Positions 13,101 through 25,900 of a stretch of 64,000 nt of DNA are shown here, piece by piece. Every line of letters starts with the position of its first letter. Positions within the stretch are counted from its first letter, which is position 1. The stretch covers positions 275,739 to 339,738 of the forward strand of contig JAKMXF010000325.1 in NCBI GenBank assembly GCA_024704765.1, in the 5' to 3' direction. Origin of the DNA: Oopsacas minuta (Eukaryota > Animalia > Porifera). The notes beneath the pieces are model-generated. The model ran no database searches, was not told the origin of the DNA, and worked only from the letters and a program-made list of their open reading frames with translations. The position numbers and the translations under genes are program-made.

Positions 13101-16100
13101 AGTTCTTATACTAATAATTACTGGTCCTCACTTATTATGAACTAAAATTCTTTAATCTTGCTATAAAGAGTGGATGCTGGGGCACTGTTGTATAATTCAC
13201 AAATAATTGAAATGGTTTGACGTTGCACATTTTGCAATTTTCCCGAATGTACAATGGCTAAATGCAATCCTGATTAATTAAAATACAAATCAATATTATT
13301 AAATTGCATTTATCGTTTGTCTATCTGTTTATTCGTTGTCAAGGAAAGGATTTATGGTATGCTGAATCGAATTGGAATTTCTCAATTCTGAGATATCGCA
13401 TAACTATGTACTTATGATTTATAGTGTTTATCAAGAAAGTAAACATAATTCAATAATAATAATGTGCAATACAAGTGTGGGCAGAAATTACGAATAAGGA
13501 GTATTTAAGAGATCGAATCATTTTAACAATAATGTGATATACCAATTAATATTGAATATGGTTAATCCCATTCTCACACCTTTTGATGAAATTTCAAAAT
13601 ATTGCTAGAAAGTTGCTTGCAACAGTTATTTAGGGTAATCAGACACGTAAATTCCAAATTTTATACTTAGACTTGATAATGCCATAATATTTAATTATTA
13701 TCTGTCCTGCCTAAGTGATAGTATCAAAGAGTTTAAGATAGGACGAGTTCGATTAGAGCGTCATACTATCTTGTAGGAACTAACGAAATATTTTGCTTTT
13801 GCATAAGGATAGCGTTCGCAAACCCCATAACGCAAATATGCATTTCGCAGGAACTAGCAGAGATCCACGCGGTGGACGGATCTCAGCTAGTTATAATCAT
13901 ATTTAATATATTAGTTGTTTTATGAATATAAAGTAAACAAATAGTTGAAATATCTCAATGATCGTAGAGAATTGCTCTTAACGGCTACAATGGGGTAACA
14001 AAGTATACTGAATCCGAATTTCGCATTTACAAGTTTCTCATATGTAAATATATTGTTGTTGTTTTAGGAATATAAGTAAACAAATTTCTAAATAGTTGCA
14101 AAAACTTTAACGGTTATTCTAGTGTAAGAGAGTACACGTACCCTGATTCCAATTATGATATTGTCCATAAAATATAGTGAGTACACAAAATTCGAAATAG
14201 TATCAGAAACTTAGTTCAATGGTTATACTAGGGTAATCGAGTACGCTGAATCCAAAATTCACACTTTCATATTACTCCTATCTAAATAATAGTTGTTCCT
14301 ATAAATACAAGTTGAGGGATGAAGTGCCGAGTTACATTTGCAGCATGAGCAAGCGAAGTTGCTCGTCTGAAATGAAAAGTCAATGCATTTGTATGGACAA
14401 CGAAATCATTTCAGTACATTATCGGCCTGTGAAGTCCTTTCAATCAATATGACATCGCTGGTACGTATAAGTACTCCAGCCTACAGATAAGAAATATATG
14501 CCATATTGGGACGTGAAAGGTCAAATGAGAGTATACTACAATTGTAAAAAATTTACATTTTTTATCCTGGACATTTCTTCTTCATATTTCTCGACAGGAG
14601 TGATGACATCAAAAGGAGCAAGAGACCAGAAGGCTACGAACAGATGCACAGTAATGTCTTCCCACACTTTATCTGGATATAGTAGCTTGGTGTCAGAATG
14701 TATTCCTGTCAGAGACTGATCTACTGCCTCGATGTAGAGATTCTTTGCAATAGAGAATGTTATCTAAAAGGAAGATAGATAAATATTTATTGAGTGAAAG
14801 ATATCAACAAATACTACAAGATAGATAGGAGATAGCTAAAAACAGAAATGCTTTGAACGAATTCACTGCTAAATTTACAATGGAAATTGCATTATGAGTG
14901 CTCAGACTAGTTAATACTTAACCGAATACTGCCGGGAAATGTGTGATTTTATGACGTCGAAATCTCGTTTAGTGGTGCGGGAATTAGTTAAAAGGAATTG
15001 GTAAAATATTATTGAGATACAACTGGGATAATATGTAACTACGATTATTTTTATTTTTTATGAACTGACCAATACATTTTTACGTTAAGTATTAGGTAAA
15101 CATCAAGCATAAATATGGAAAAATACATTTTCTCAATAATTATAAACTGAGAATTACAACTTCACAAACTTTTCTTGGACAAAATTCACACATATGACGA
15201 TATTATGACGTTATTGCCACCTTTTGGGATTTTCGAGAAATCACATTATCAGCCTCTGCACTGCACAGCCGGTATAAATGATAGAAGATTGAAATTTGAA
15301 TCACAGGTACCCCTCAATATGCCAAATGTTCTGACGTCATGATTTTGGCCAAATGCATGTTCATCATGGTTTTATTACGTCATCATGACTCTACTAAAAT
15401 ATCCCGAATTTCGTATCTTTTTAGAATTCATGATACTCGAGGCACGAAATGCCGATATCAGTAACCAAAAGTCACGTCGCAGCCCCAGCATTAGCACAGA
15501 AGGCCGTTAAATGCAATTTGGATGGACCAACTCGAGGCACAATGTGTCGAGTATATCCCGTCGGGTAGTGACGAAAAAGGACACAAATACAGTTGTTTCA
15601 TACTTAAGCTGAAAATGCACAAAGCTTGAGTATATGTCCGCCCGTTGCGGTGCAACCTAGCAAGCGAAGCGGACTAGTGATCTAACTATTTACTAAACCG
15701 ACAAAATGTTCATGTCCAAACGAGTGTCGGTTTATGCAGGTTCCACTGCGTTATCACTGAATCATGTATATACGTGAAATTGATTGAGATATTAATATTT
15801 ATTAGAATTTGTTAATAATTAATTGAAACTTACTTTGGGTTTCTCTTGACTGGACTCCATCTCTTTCTGTAGTTTAAGCAGCTTAGTCCTGATGCTGTGA
15901 TTAATAGCTTGTCTCAGTAGATAGAATGCAGCATCTGCTCCTATGTGATACTTGCTAGCTAGCTCATTCAGTCCTGGTACGTGTAGAGTATATTCCTCAG
16001 GTGATAAGTGACAAGCCATGAAGTCTATGAATTGTACAAGCGTGTCCTGACACTGATCGTATAAGTGTGATAGTAATTTGCAATGATATTCTGTTTCGTC

Positions 16101-19100
16101 TTTGAACATTAAGAGATTTCTACAGATTGTAAGAAATTGTTAAAAGTGAGGGATTGTGTCGAAGATTCACAATTTGAAACATACATTCTTTATTAGATAT
16201 TTCTAAACAGACATATTAATAATGTCATGATGTGAGACACAAATAAGCAGTGGGTCATGAGATAACTTTTTTATCGATGGATAATAAACAACCAAACATT
16301 TCGTTCCTTTGCATTCCAATAATCAATGGTAAATCCCCACACCAACAACTAGAGGGGGCTCAAAAAGACGAATTCAGCATATACATATATGGACGAATTG
16401 TCATGGAAGGAAATATCTGTATCCGTTTCTTAGCATACATGCATACCTGTGTTGAGCCATGAGAAGACACAAAGGGAGACCTAGATGTTCCTCTACAAGT
16501 GTCTCCCTCAGTCTAGTAGAAGATCTCTTGATATTCCTGATCTGAGAGAAATGCCCTGCCTCAGACTTGAGCAGGTCTCCACCCAGCAGAGCCTCTATCT
16601 GACTATCAGTAATATCCTCTGAGATATCTATCCCAGACATTTTCTGTACCACTTCCTTCAGGACTAGAAGATCAAAGCTCTTACCTGACTTCAGTTGATT
16701 AGCCACGTATTGGATTAAACCTAAATAGAGATAGACGTTAAATGAATTTTAAAATGAGTATACAGTTTGTATTCAATTGATTGTATCGTATTAACTTAGT
16801 AAATCCCAAAAATTTCTTCTGTTGTTTCATTAAGGAAAAAACAAGATACTGTGGACTCTCGCTAATGCAATCCTTACGCTTAGATGTTAATTATGTTATA
16901 ATTAGCAATACCTACTTGACATACCCAATTGCAGATGGGGAATGGTATCTTGGAAAATTGCATAACCATCGTATGACGAGCTGGAAATATAACAGTGCAA
17001 TGCGAAGTAAACTAAGCTAGAATTCATGAAATTGACCATGTTGGAATAATTCAGGTTATTTCCTATATTAAGATGGGTAGCAGTTAGCATGGAATCATAC
17101 TTTATCTATAGCGGATCTATTATAGACATTCGAAATTCGATCATTAGAATGAGCCTGCTTGAAGATTTTACTTACCAGTAAGTCCAAGTGAATAATACTT
17201 CCTGTATAGTGTGCCGGTAAATGTAGCTAAGCATTGTAACCATGAAGATATGTTAGTATCCTCCTGCTTCATCCTTTCCCTAACAGGATTACTCAACGCT
17301 TCTATTATACAGTAGGAGAGCATGTCGAATGCTAAATTAGTCAGAAACTTCATTGAATCAACAACAGGCTGAATGAGATTATCAAACTTCTGTATTTGCG
17401 AGAGGAGATAGTCGAACACTACCCCAGAGTTGCTGTGTACTAACTTACCCAACTGTCTACCTATCTGCTTTGCATTGTCCTTAGTGAGACGCTTCATACA
17501 GTAGCGGAGGTTATCAATCACAATTGCTTTAGCTCGCATCAATATAGGAGTACTTGAATAGGAGACGTTCTTCCAGGCACCATATATTGAATACCTATTT
17601 TAAGGGGCAAATATTTAATATAGAATAAACTTGGTAGATATTGTATACTATTTGTGTAGTGTTAACCCAAGTCAGAGGTGTAGCTAAGATGGTGCGGGGT
17701 GGTGCGGGGCACCACCTCGGAAGATGCGCATCATCTGAACTTATTCAAACTAATGTAGGTTGAAATTAGCAAGATAGTACAGAATATTTAATAAATTTAG
17801 TTTCTGTATGGTTTCAGGTTGTAATGTTTAGATTTAGGACAATCTATGAAATAACTAAATCTCGTTCTTGAGCTACTTGACTCATAATTACTTAATAACT
17901 CAGGTCTTTGTTTACACTGAGCACCATTGTCAACAAAGACCTGGCTACGTAATTAAACAAGTCTCATATTTGTTAAAAGGATTCATTATAGGTCTACAAA
18001 ATTTGTAATATTTTCTATGGGAGTTTACCGACGGTCTTCAAATAGATCGTCGATAAAAAGATACAGTTCGGATTAAAATTCAAACTGGTAAATAAGACCA
18101 ATTATAAAATGACACAAATATATCTAATCATCTCCACATAAAGATAATAATCATAATATGATGCATAATTGGGAGATAACATCCATAAGAAGTTAGGCAA
18201 ATGCCAGCTAGGTAAGGAGTAAAGTTGTTTTTGCAGAAATTGGTCCAGGGGACCATTTTCTACAAATTTCAAAATATTCGTAGATTTTTAGACCTCCTTG
18301 CCCTATTGCGTTAGCACTTTTCAAGTTTTTAGGCTTCTAACTATGACTATTCATTAATATATGACTTTGGTTCTTTTTCTATATGAGTTGAAAACATTAG
18401 CAGAAATTAGCCAGGCGGATGTAGTAGGAAGCGATGGAGCGAGCAACTAACTGTAAGAGATGGATCAGCGTAAGGGGGCTTCAAACCCAGAAAATAATTT
18501 GATTATTAAGCTATATCTGGACATATTTGACTGAAAATTCATACAAGTATGGGTTCCTACCTGTTTGAGTACCTGAAAACTAGGATTTATGATGCCTCCG
18601 AGGCTGGTTACATGAAGGGATAATCAGGATATCCAAAATAACATTGTGCTGCCTCTGGAAAGAGGCTAGCGAGAACATAGTTACTATGATTATTCATTAA
18701 TTTATGATTTTGTGTTCTCTTTGTATACTATCTGGCCAAAAAGTATTGGAAGTTTGGAATAATCTGCCACAATTGACACATAGCACCAAAATGCGTGCAA
18801 CTTTAGTTGCATAGACTAAAAATTATTCCAAATGATAAATATATCATAACAAGCTTCAAATTTATTCTACTTTCTGTTATGTCATAGAATCTTTCAACGT
18901 ATTCTCGCCGTGTGCCACGAACGGTACAGTGTTCCATTACTTTTTTACCAGGCAGTGTATTTAGAAATAGCAGTATAATAAACGGTTGGATACTAAAGGC
19001 TTGAATTAATGTTGAATTCAGTAACAATTCAAATATTATGAACTTGTTGGTATCTGCCCCCATTTACCGTATACTATAGTACTTATATATGTATATAGCT

Positions 19101-19390
19101 GGAACCTTGTACTTTAGCAAGTAAGGTAACAATGTGTAAAATTAGTGAGGATTGTCAATTTCGGTGATTCTTGAAGTACGTACTAAGTACTACAAATGTA
19201 AAATAGATAGAGATGAGATTAGAAACCCAAAAAATCAATCCTAATTGACAGCAATCATAAATGTAGAACTGGGGGTCCAATTTCTGCAAGGGGGACCCAT
19301 GGCCTACTTAACACACGGCCGAATATTATTTTTATAATTCAATGTAAACTTGTAAAATTTTGTTAATAAATTGATTCAAAAGAGTTTATG

Positions 19391-19429
<39 letters not shown>

Positions 19430-19872
19430 TGTAGTATACAACAAATCTTTACGATTCAAGAACCTTTCTACGAAACTATTAGTCAACCACCTAACGAAGA
19501 ACCCGATAATACTCCAGATGTCACAATCAATACCACAATTACAACAGATTTAGAATATACTAGTTCAGAAAATTCAAATGATCATCTCTAAACCAAACAT
19601 GATTACATAGCCTGTCAGCAATCAACTTTTTCACAAACCACCATTGCTCAAATCCACTTTATATAGTAACTCCCATAAATAATATTAGTAAGCCCATATA
19701 CGCTTTATCATCCTTTGTTACTCAGAAATCTAGAATGTTCCTTCAAACCTTAGAATAGCAGCAATCAGTTATATTTAGTACTATAGTTGTGTTTGTACTG
19801 ATGAGCTGGATAAATAGCCAGCGAAACAAATTATGTTATTGTCTACTACTATTAAATCTACATATACTCTTT

Positions 19873-19943
<71 letters not shown>

Positions 19944-22900
19944 GTACGCATGAGTTGAAACAATTTTTGCAACAAATTCTCAAAAATGTAATATTTCGAA
20001 AATTTCAAAATTTGATGAATGATTTATCAATATTAATATCATAATTTTAAGAGCCTAACCCATATGAATGATGGCCGTAAGGACTTGCTAAGTGGTTTCA
20101 ATAAATTCTTCAGATATGAAAACCCTAGAAAGTTCAAGATGACAGATGTGTGAATTTGGATCGGACAGGACAGTAAGTAAAGCAGATAGCAAATAGTGTT
20201 AGATGTTTAATTAGGTTGCCTATAGTATAGTTGTTTCATGTCAGAAAAATGTTTCAAAGCTCTCAAACTAAAGAGCTATCAAACAAAGCATTAAAGTACT
20301 TATTACTAATGGCATAGTCGATAAACGCTGTATATAAACACTGATTCTATTAAACTACTCAATCTTTTGGTATTTCAAAATATGCAACAGTCCTTCCTGA
20401 AGCATATACGTGTTTTCCACGCGTGCATGATAACAACAATTGGGTTTCTCTCTCTGATGTACATAGAATCCTACACATCCCCGATTCAAGATGATATCCT
20501 TGAGAGAGGAATTCTGACGATAAATACTTACCCTCTGTTTGTGAGTGCTATTAATATTGGTGGATTAATAGGATCTTTGATTGCAGGACCAATTAGTGAG
20601 TGGTTAGGTACGAAGACTAGTTTAATTGTGTTCTCACAACTAGGCACAATCGGGGGTATTTTGTTAGTATGGGCAAATGATGGTGTATCCATGACATTTG
20701 CAAGAGGAATTATTGGAGTTTACAGCTCATTTAGTCTGACCTGTGTACCTCTATATAATATTGAAGTCGCTTCAAAATCTTCCTGGAAATTCTATGGTGG
20801 GATACAGGCTATGTCAATTAGGATGGGAGTTTTCTTGAGTTATTCATTGGGAATTTGGCTACCATATCGTTGGCTTGCTTTTGTCTATTTGGTAATGGTT
20901 GTGTTCATGAATTTGAATTTAGTTTTCTTACCGGAGAGTCCCAGATGGTTGAGGAAAAAAGGTTGGAATGAAAAGGCTGAAAAAGCAAGAGAATATTTCT
21001 TCGATGTTACCAAAGAGAACACTGCTCTTGTTCCAGATGATAAACCAGAGGAACCAGATTCAGCAAAAGACGACAATTCTCCCAAATTAAGAATCTCGCA
21101 GAAGATTCGTAGCTACCTAGTATGGCCTGTAATAAGACCGTTATTAGTATCATGTACAATGGCTTCATTCAAAACATTCTCTAGCAACGAGTATCTATTT
21201 ACATATGCCGCACACACTCTAGCAGAGGCGGTGAGCATCAATTCGAGGGTTGCTGCAGTTTTCTATCCGATATCTTTGGTAATAACTGCTATCATATTTC
21301 TATTAATAATTCATAAAGTAAATTGGAAAAAATTGCTCATACTAGCAACATTTATACAAGCAATAGCCAATGTGTTACTTAGCGCTACATTTTATTTTTC
21401 CGTTGAGATGTTACGCTGTACTCATGAGACAGGATCAACAATCTGTGATGTATTATTATTCGCTCCAATGCCACTAATTATGTTGTATGGGTTCGCTTAT
21501 ACTATTGGGCTGGGTTCCATTTACTGGTGGCTATATGGCAAAATTCTCCATCACCATTACATCAAGATTTCTGCAGGGATTGTCGTTTTCACATATTTCG
21601 CATCGTGTATACTTAATCAGCTGATCGCACCATTAATAGTTGAATATTTGGGAGCCTTTGTTATATTCTTGATTTATGCTGTTCTATGTTTTATTTCTAT
21701 TCCTATTCAGTGTAAATATTAACTATTGTATTATTTCTGTATAAATACAAAACAGATATTAAGGAGTATAAAAAACAGAAATAACAAAATATGAACAATA
21801 GAGAAAGTTAAAATACTAGCAAATGGCAAATGATGCCTACGTAAAATGGCTAAGAAGTACATGGTAGAGCTTACCTCCCTCTACTTGGAATACCCAAACT
21901 ATTATTCATCCAGACAAGTCAATTGTATGATATTTTAAAAGAATTGCATGATAATTTTGGTCATCAGTGTGCAAATTACATCTAGAATATTACAAAAGAA
22001 CGATATTCCTGGCCTAAGTGTCTTGATACAATTCGCAATTATGTCAAAAGTGTGAACGGTGTATCCATTCAAACGTCCAATTCAGCCACTCACCGAAAGT
22101 ATGGAAAATTAACAACACTAATCTAAGAAGTAATGAAATCACAAGTTCTATCTTTACATTATAAGCCCCTGAGATATATATTATCATTGTCTAGGACTCT
22201 AGATTTTAGTCAGTATAATTTATCTTCTCATTGATCACTAATTATTACCTTATTTCACTGTTGAATATTTTGTAAAGATGGTAAAGGTCACGAGATGAGA
22301 AACAATAAATATATTGTTATTTAAATAGTGCTAAGTAATGTAGGAGGGCTATTTGTATCAAATCTATTATAATTTGGTACAAATGGCCCCCCTTAGTTAA
22401 TATACAGTAAACATTGGATTTAACGACATCGGCTTTTACGACAAATCGCTTATAACGACTCATTTTGCTCGCCCAGAATCTCGCAGCATTATTCTGCACA
22501 CGCCATACCTCGGGTATAACGACCTGTCAGATAACGGCACATTGAATATAGCGGCACATTTTCTATGCCTGCTCCATGCAAATCCCATCGGATATTACGA
22601 CATTTGGGCTGTCTGTACTGTGGACTAATTAGTGAATAATTAAGGGTTTAATAATTGACGTAATTATAAAGGAATGATATTCTCCTGTTTTGAATCAACA
22701 GCACCTGGCTTCTTACGAAAATGCATAATTAAAGCTATTGTACGTACAATGTAATGCTGAAATTTCATTGTCATTGATTCGAGCGGAGTTGGCAAAAGGA
22801 AGCGGTTTTCTTTTGCTTCCTCGGATTTAGCGACAAATCGAAAATAGCGACTTCGTTGGCCTGCCCAAACGAGTGTCGTTAAATCCAATGTTTACTGTAT

Positions 22901-25900
22901 ACGATTTTAAGCAACAAGGGAAGCCAAATAGATATAAATGAAGCCATTTGAATTGTCACTAAAAGTGCTTCGTAATTAAGGGAGACCATTTGTACCAAAA
23001 TCTATGACGATTTGGTACATATGGTCCCCCGGACCAAATATCCACGGGGGACCATTTGTACAAGAACACTCGCCATTTGAATTTTAGGTTCTGCCTCCTA
23101 CGTTATACTTGTGAAGCTCTAATAATTAATTGATAGAATTCGTATATGCAAACTATAGTTACTCAATACTTTATTCATATTAAGAACATTAATGGATTTG
23201 AATAGTATCTGTAATTATTTCTTTATGGTGTTTAGAAAAACAATAATTATCGGACGATTGAAGCACGTCAATCTATTGTATATACATGAATAATGAAAAC
23301 AAGCAAATGATCTGCGGGCCACGGTTTGAGCACCCTTGCACTAGCGGTTAATTCGTACATACCAGGTTGTCCAAAAAGTTCGCGGAATTGCAAATATATT
23401 TTATTTATCAATGATCATACTCAACTAATTATTGTTCATAGTTTTCAATAAATTCACCCTTAACCTCGATACATTTCTTCCATTTTGATGGGAGTTTATT
23501 TATTCCTGTGGTGAAGAATTTTTCAGGGGTACCTTGAATCCATGAATTTACAGCGGACCTAAGGTGCTCAAAATCGCTGAAACGTTTACCTCTAAGTGGT
23601 CTTTTCATTTCTGAAAAAAGTCAGTAGTCGCTGGGCGCTAGATCTCGGCTGTATGGGGGATGTGGGAGTAATTCGAACCCTAAATGTTGAATTTCATCCA
23701 AAGTTCGCCTGCTGGTATGGGCTGGAGCATTATCATGCTGAAGCAAAACATAAGAACTCAACTTGCCACGCCTCTTAGACTTGATAGTTTCGCGCAATTT
23801 CTTCAGAACTTGAACATAGTATTCAGTATTTATTGTTACTTTGTTAGGTAACCAATCAATCATGATTATTCCCTTTGTGTCCCAAAAAACTGTTGCCATC
23901 CGTTTACCTGCTGATGCGACGGCTCTGGGTCTAATAGGAGTTGCTTCATGCCTACGCTTCCATTGACTCGTCTGTAAACTTGTCTTAGGCTCATAAAAAT
24001 GTAACCAAGTCTCGTCCCCTGTGACTAAACGATCAAAGAACCTTGGCTCCTTCTTAGAAATCCGTAAGAGCTGGCGACAAACACGAACCCTTTCAATCCT
24101 TTCAGATTCAGATAACAATTTGGGAACCCAACGAGAAAGAACTCTCGACATTCCCAATTGTTCAGTTAGAATCTTATCAAGTATTGATTTTGACATCCCC
24201 AATTCTTCCTCTAACTGCCGCAGAGTCACACGTCTATCTTTATCAAGAATGTTTGATATAATTTTGATATTTTCTTGGTTGAACATGTTTTCGGACGACC
24301 AGGTCTTGGGTTATCATCAACAGTTGAATGCCCATCATTAAATCTATCAATCCATTTGTAAACCATCGATTTACCAGGGCATTTACTACCATAAACCTTT
24401 TCCATCTCGTAGAGAATCTCGCTTCCACTTTTATTTTGTTTCCAGAGAAACCAAATGATATATCGTTTCCCATCTTCTGAGTTTTCCATTTTAGAAAAAA
24501 ATACGACAATCGTAAATGATGCTAAAAGAATACCTAAACCAAACTTTTTGATTACAAAAGTTAGGATAATTGAGATAAGGGATATTACAATTAATCGAAA
24601 CAATATGCTAATTGATAGTGTATATAACACAAACTAGGGATAAAATTTCGCGAATTTTTTGGACAACCTAGTACAATAATAAGAAATAACAAACACTGTA
24701 TACTCACTAAAATATATGAAACAGTAATAAAAGGTGTGTAGAAATAAACCATTGTGAATCAGAAGTCCATTTAGACAAATAGCTTACAACAGTGATGGCA
24801 ACCTGCGTCTCAGGGGCTACATTCCTGCGGCCTCAGATCAATTTTTTCGAATAGAAATCACTACATATGGGATGCATATATATGTTCACATTCCATTCAG
24901 AAATGAAAAATACCGTATTTCCTTGAATACAGCGGGCCTGTGAATAGAGCGGGCAGATTGAGAGCGGCAAAATTAATAGAAGGCGTGCGTACAATTCAAG
25001 GAAATACGGTATGTAATAACAATAGATCATACCTAATCTCATATGGATATAGCTTTATCATATTCCACAGTTCTTCCATCAGTCCGCAGTTAGCTCCAGA
25101 GAGAGATATGCTTGGTAGAATGACAGTATCGATAAGACTAATGAAGTTTTGAAAACAGCGTTCCTAATCAAACAGAATAGTTAAAAAGAATGTAACTTCG
25201 GCTAGATTCGCGGATTTGGATAAAAAATGCCAAGCCGACAGACTAGGAGTGCAACTCAGGCATCTCGGTCATGTTCTACCAATACAAATTAATTGTCGTA
25301 GAGTGGGAAATATATGAGATATAGACTTGAAAATATCAAAATTGGAATCTACAAACGCAATTACACCTGACAAGTAGCTGAAACGAAATTACTAGATATA
25401 TCATTTAGAATGTGTAAAAAGGTGTGAAAATATGATTAATCATATGATAATTCTGTAAAGTTGTAACTTTCAGAGACTTTGAAAATGTCAAAATCGGACA
25501 TTACGCATCCAATTACCCCTGACAACATATTGGAACATAATCTCTATCATGATTTTGAATTTAATAATGACATAATCACCAAAAAGTGTGAAAAGTTCAC
25601 TTTAGAAAAAATTCGTACCCGAGGTGCAAATCTCCTACCTAAAATGGATATGTATACAAATTTTCATGTAAATCGGACTGCTAGATTTCGAACGACCGCG
25701 CGGACGGACGGACGTCTTACATCGTCCATGCCATTAGGGCACCACCTTATAGGAAGGAGTTGCACTAAAATCTAAAATCATAGTCTGTGCCGACGAATTT
25801 TCTTTTAGGCCGCTGCTAGTCGGACACTTGTTTCAGTCCACCTACTGCATTAAGTGAGATGAAATAGGAGTAATCATATGATAAATTAAATAGATATGAA

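Noticed and set aside
18724-18755. Tc1-like terminal sequence (CTGGCCAAAAAGTATTGGAA); a similar inverted one at ~49130-49153
   Set aside because: These are isolated ends ~30 kb apart with no partner TIR or transposase nearby, so they are not one element.
19388-19591. Poly-Asn ORF (MLNNNN...)
   Set aside because: It is created by the (AAT)12 microsatellite and has no recognisable domain.
24226-24630. 134-aa ORF with a hydrophobic N-terminus
   Set aside because: It is the mariner transposase N-terminus (from ATG 24489) plus 5' UTR read-through, not a separate gene.
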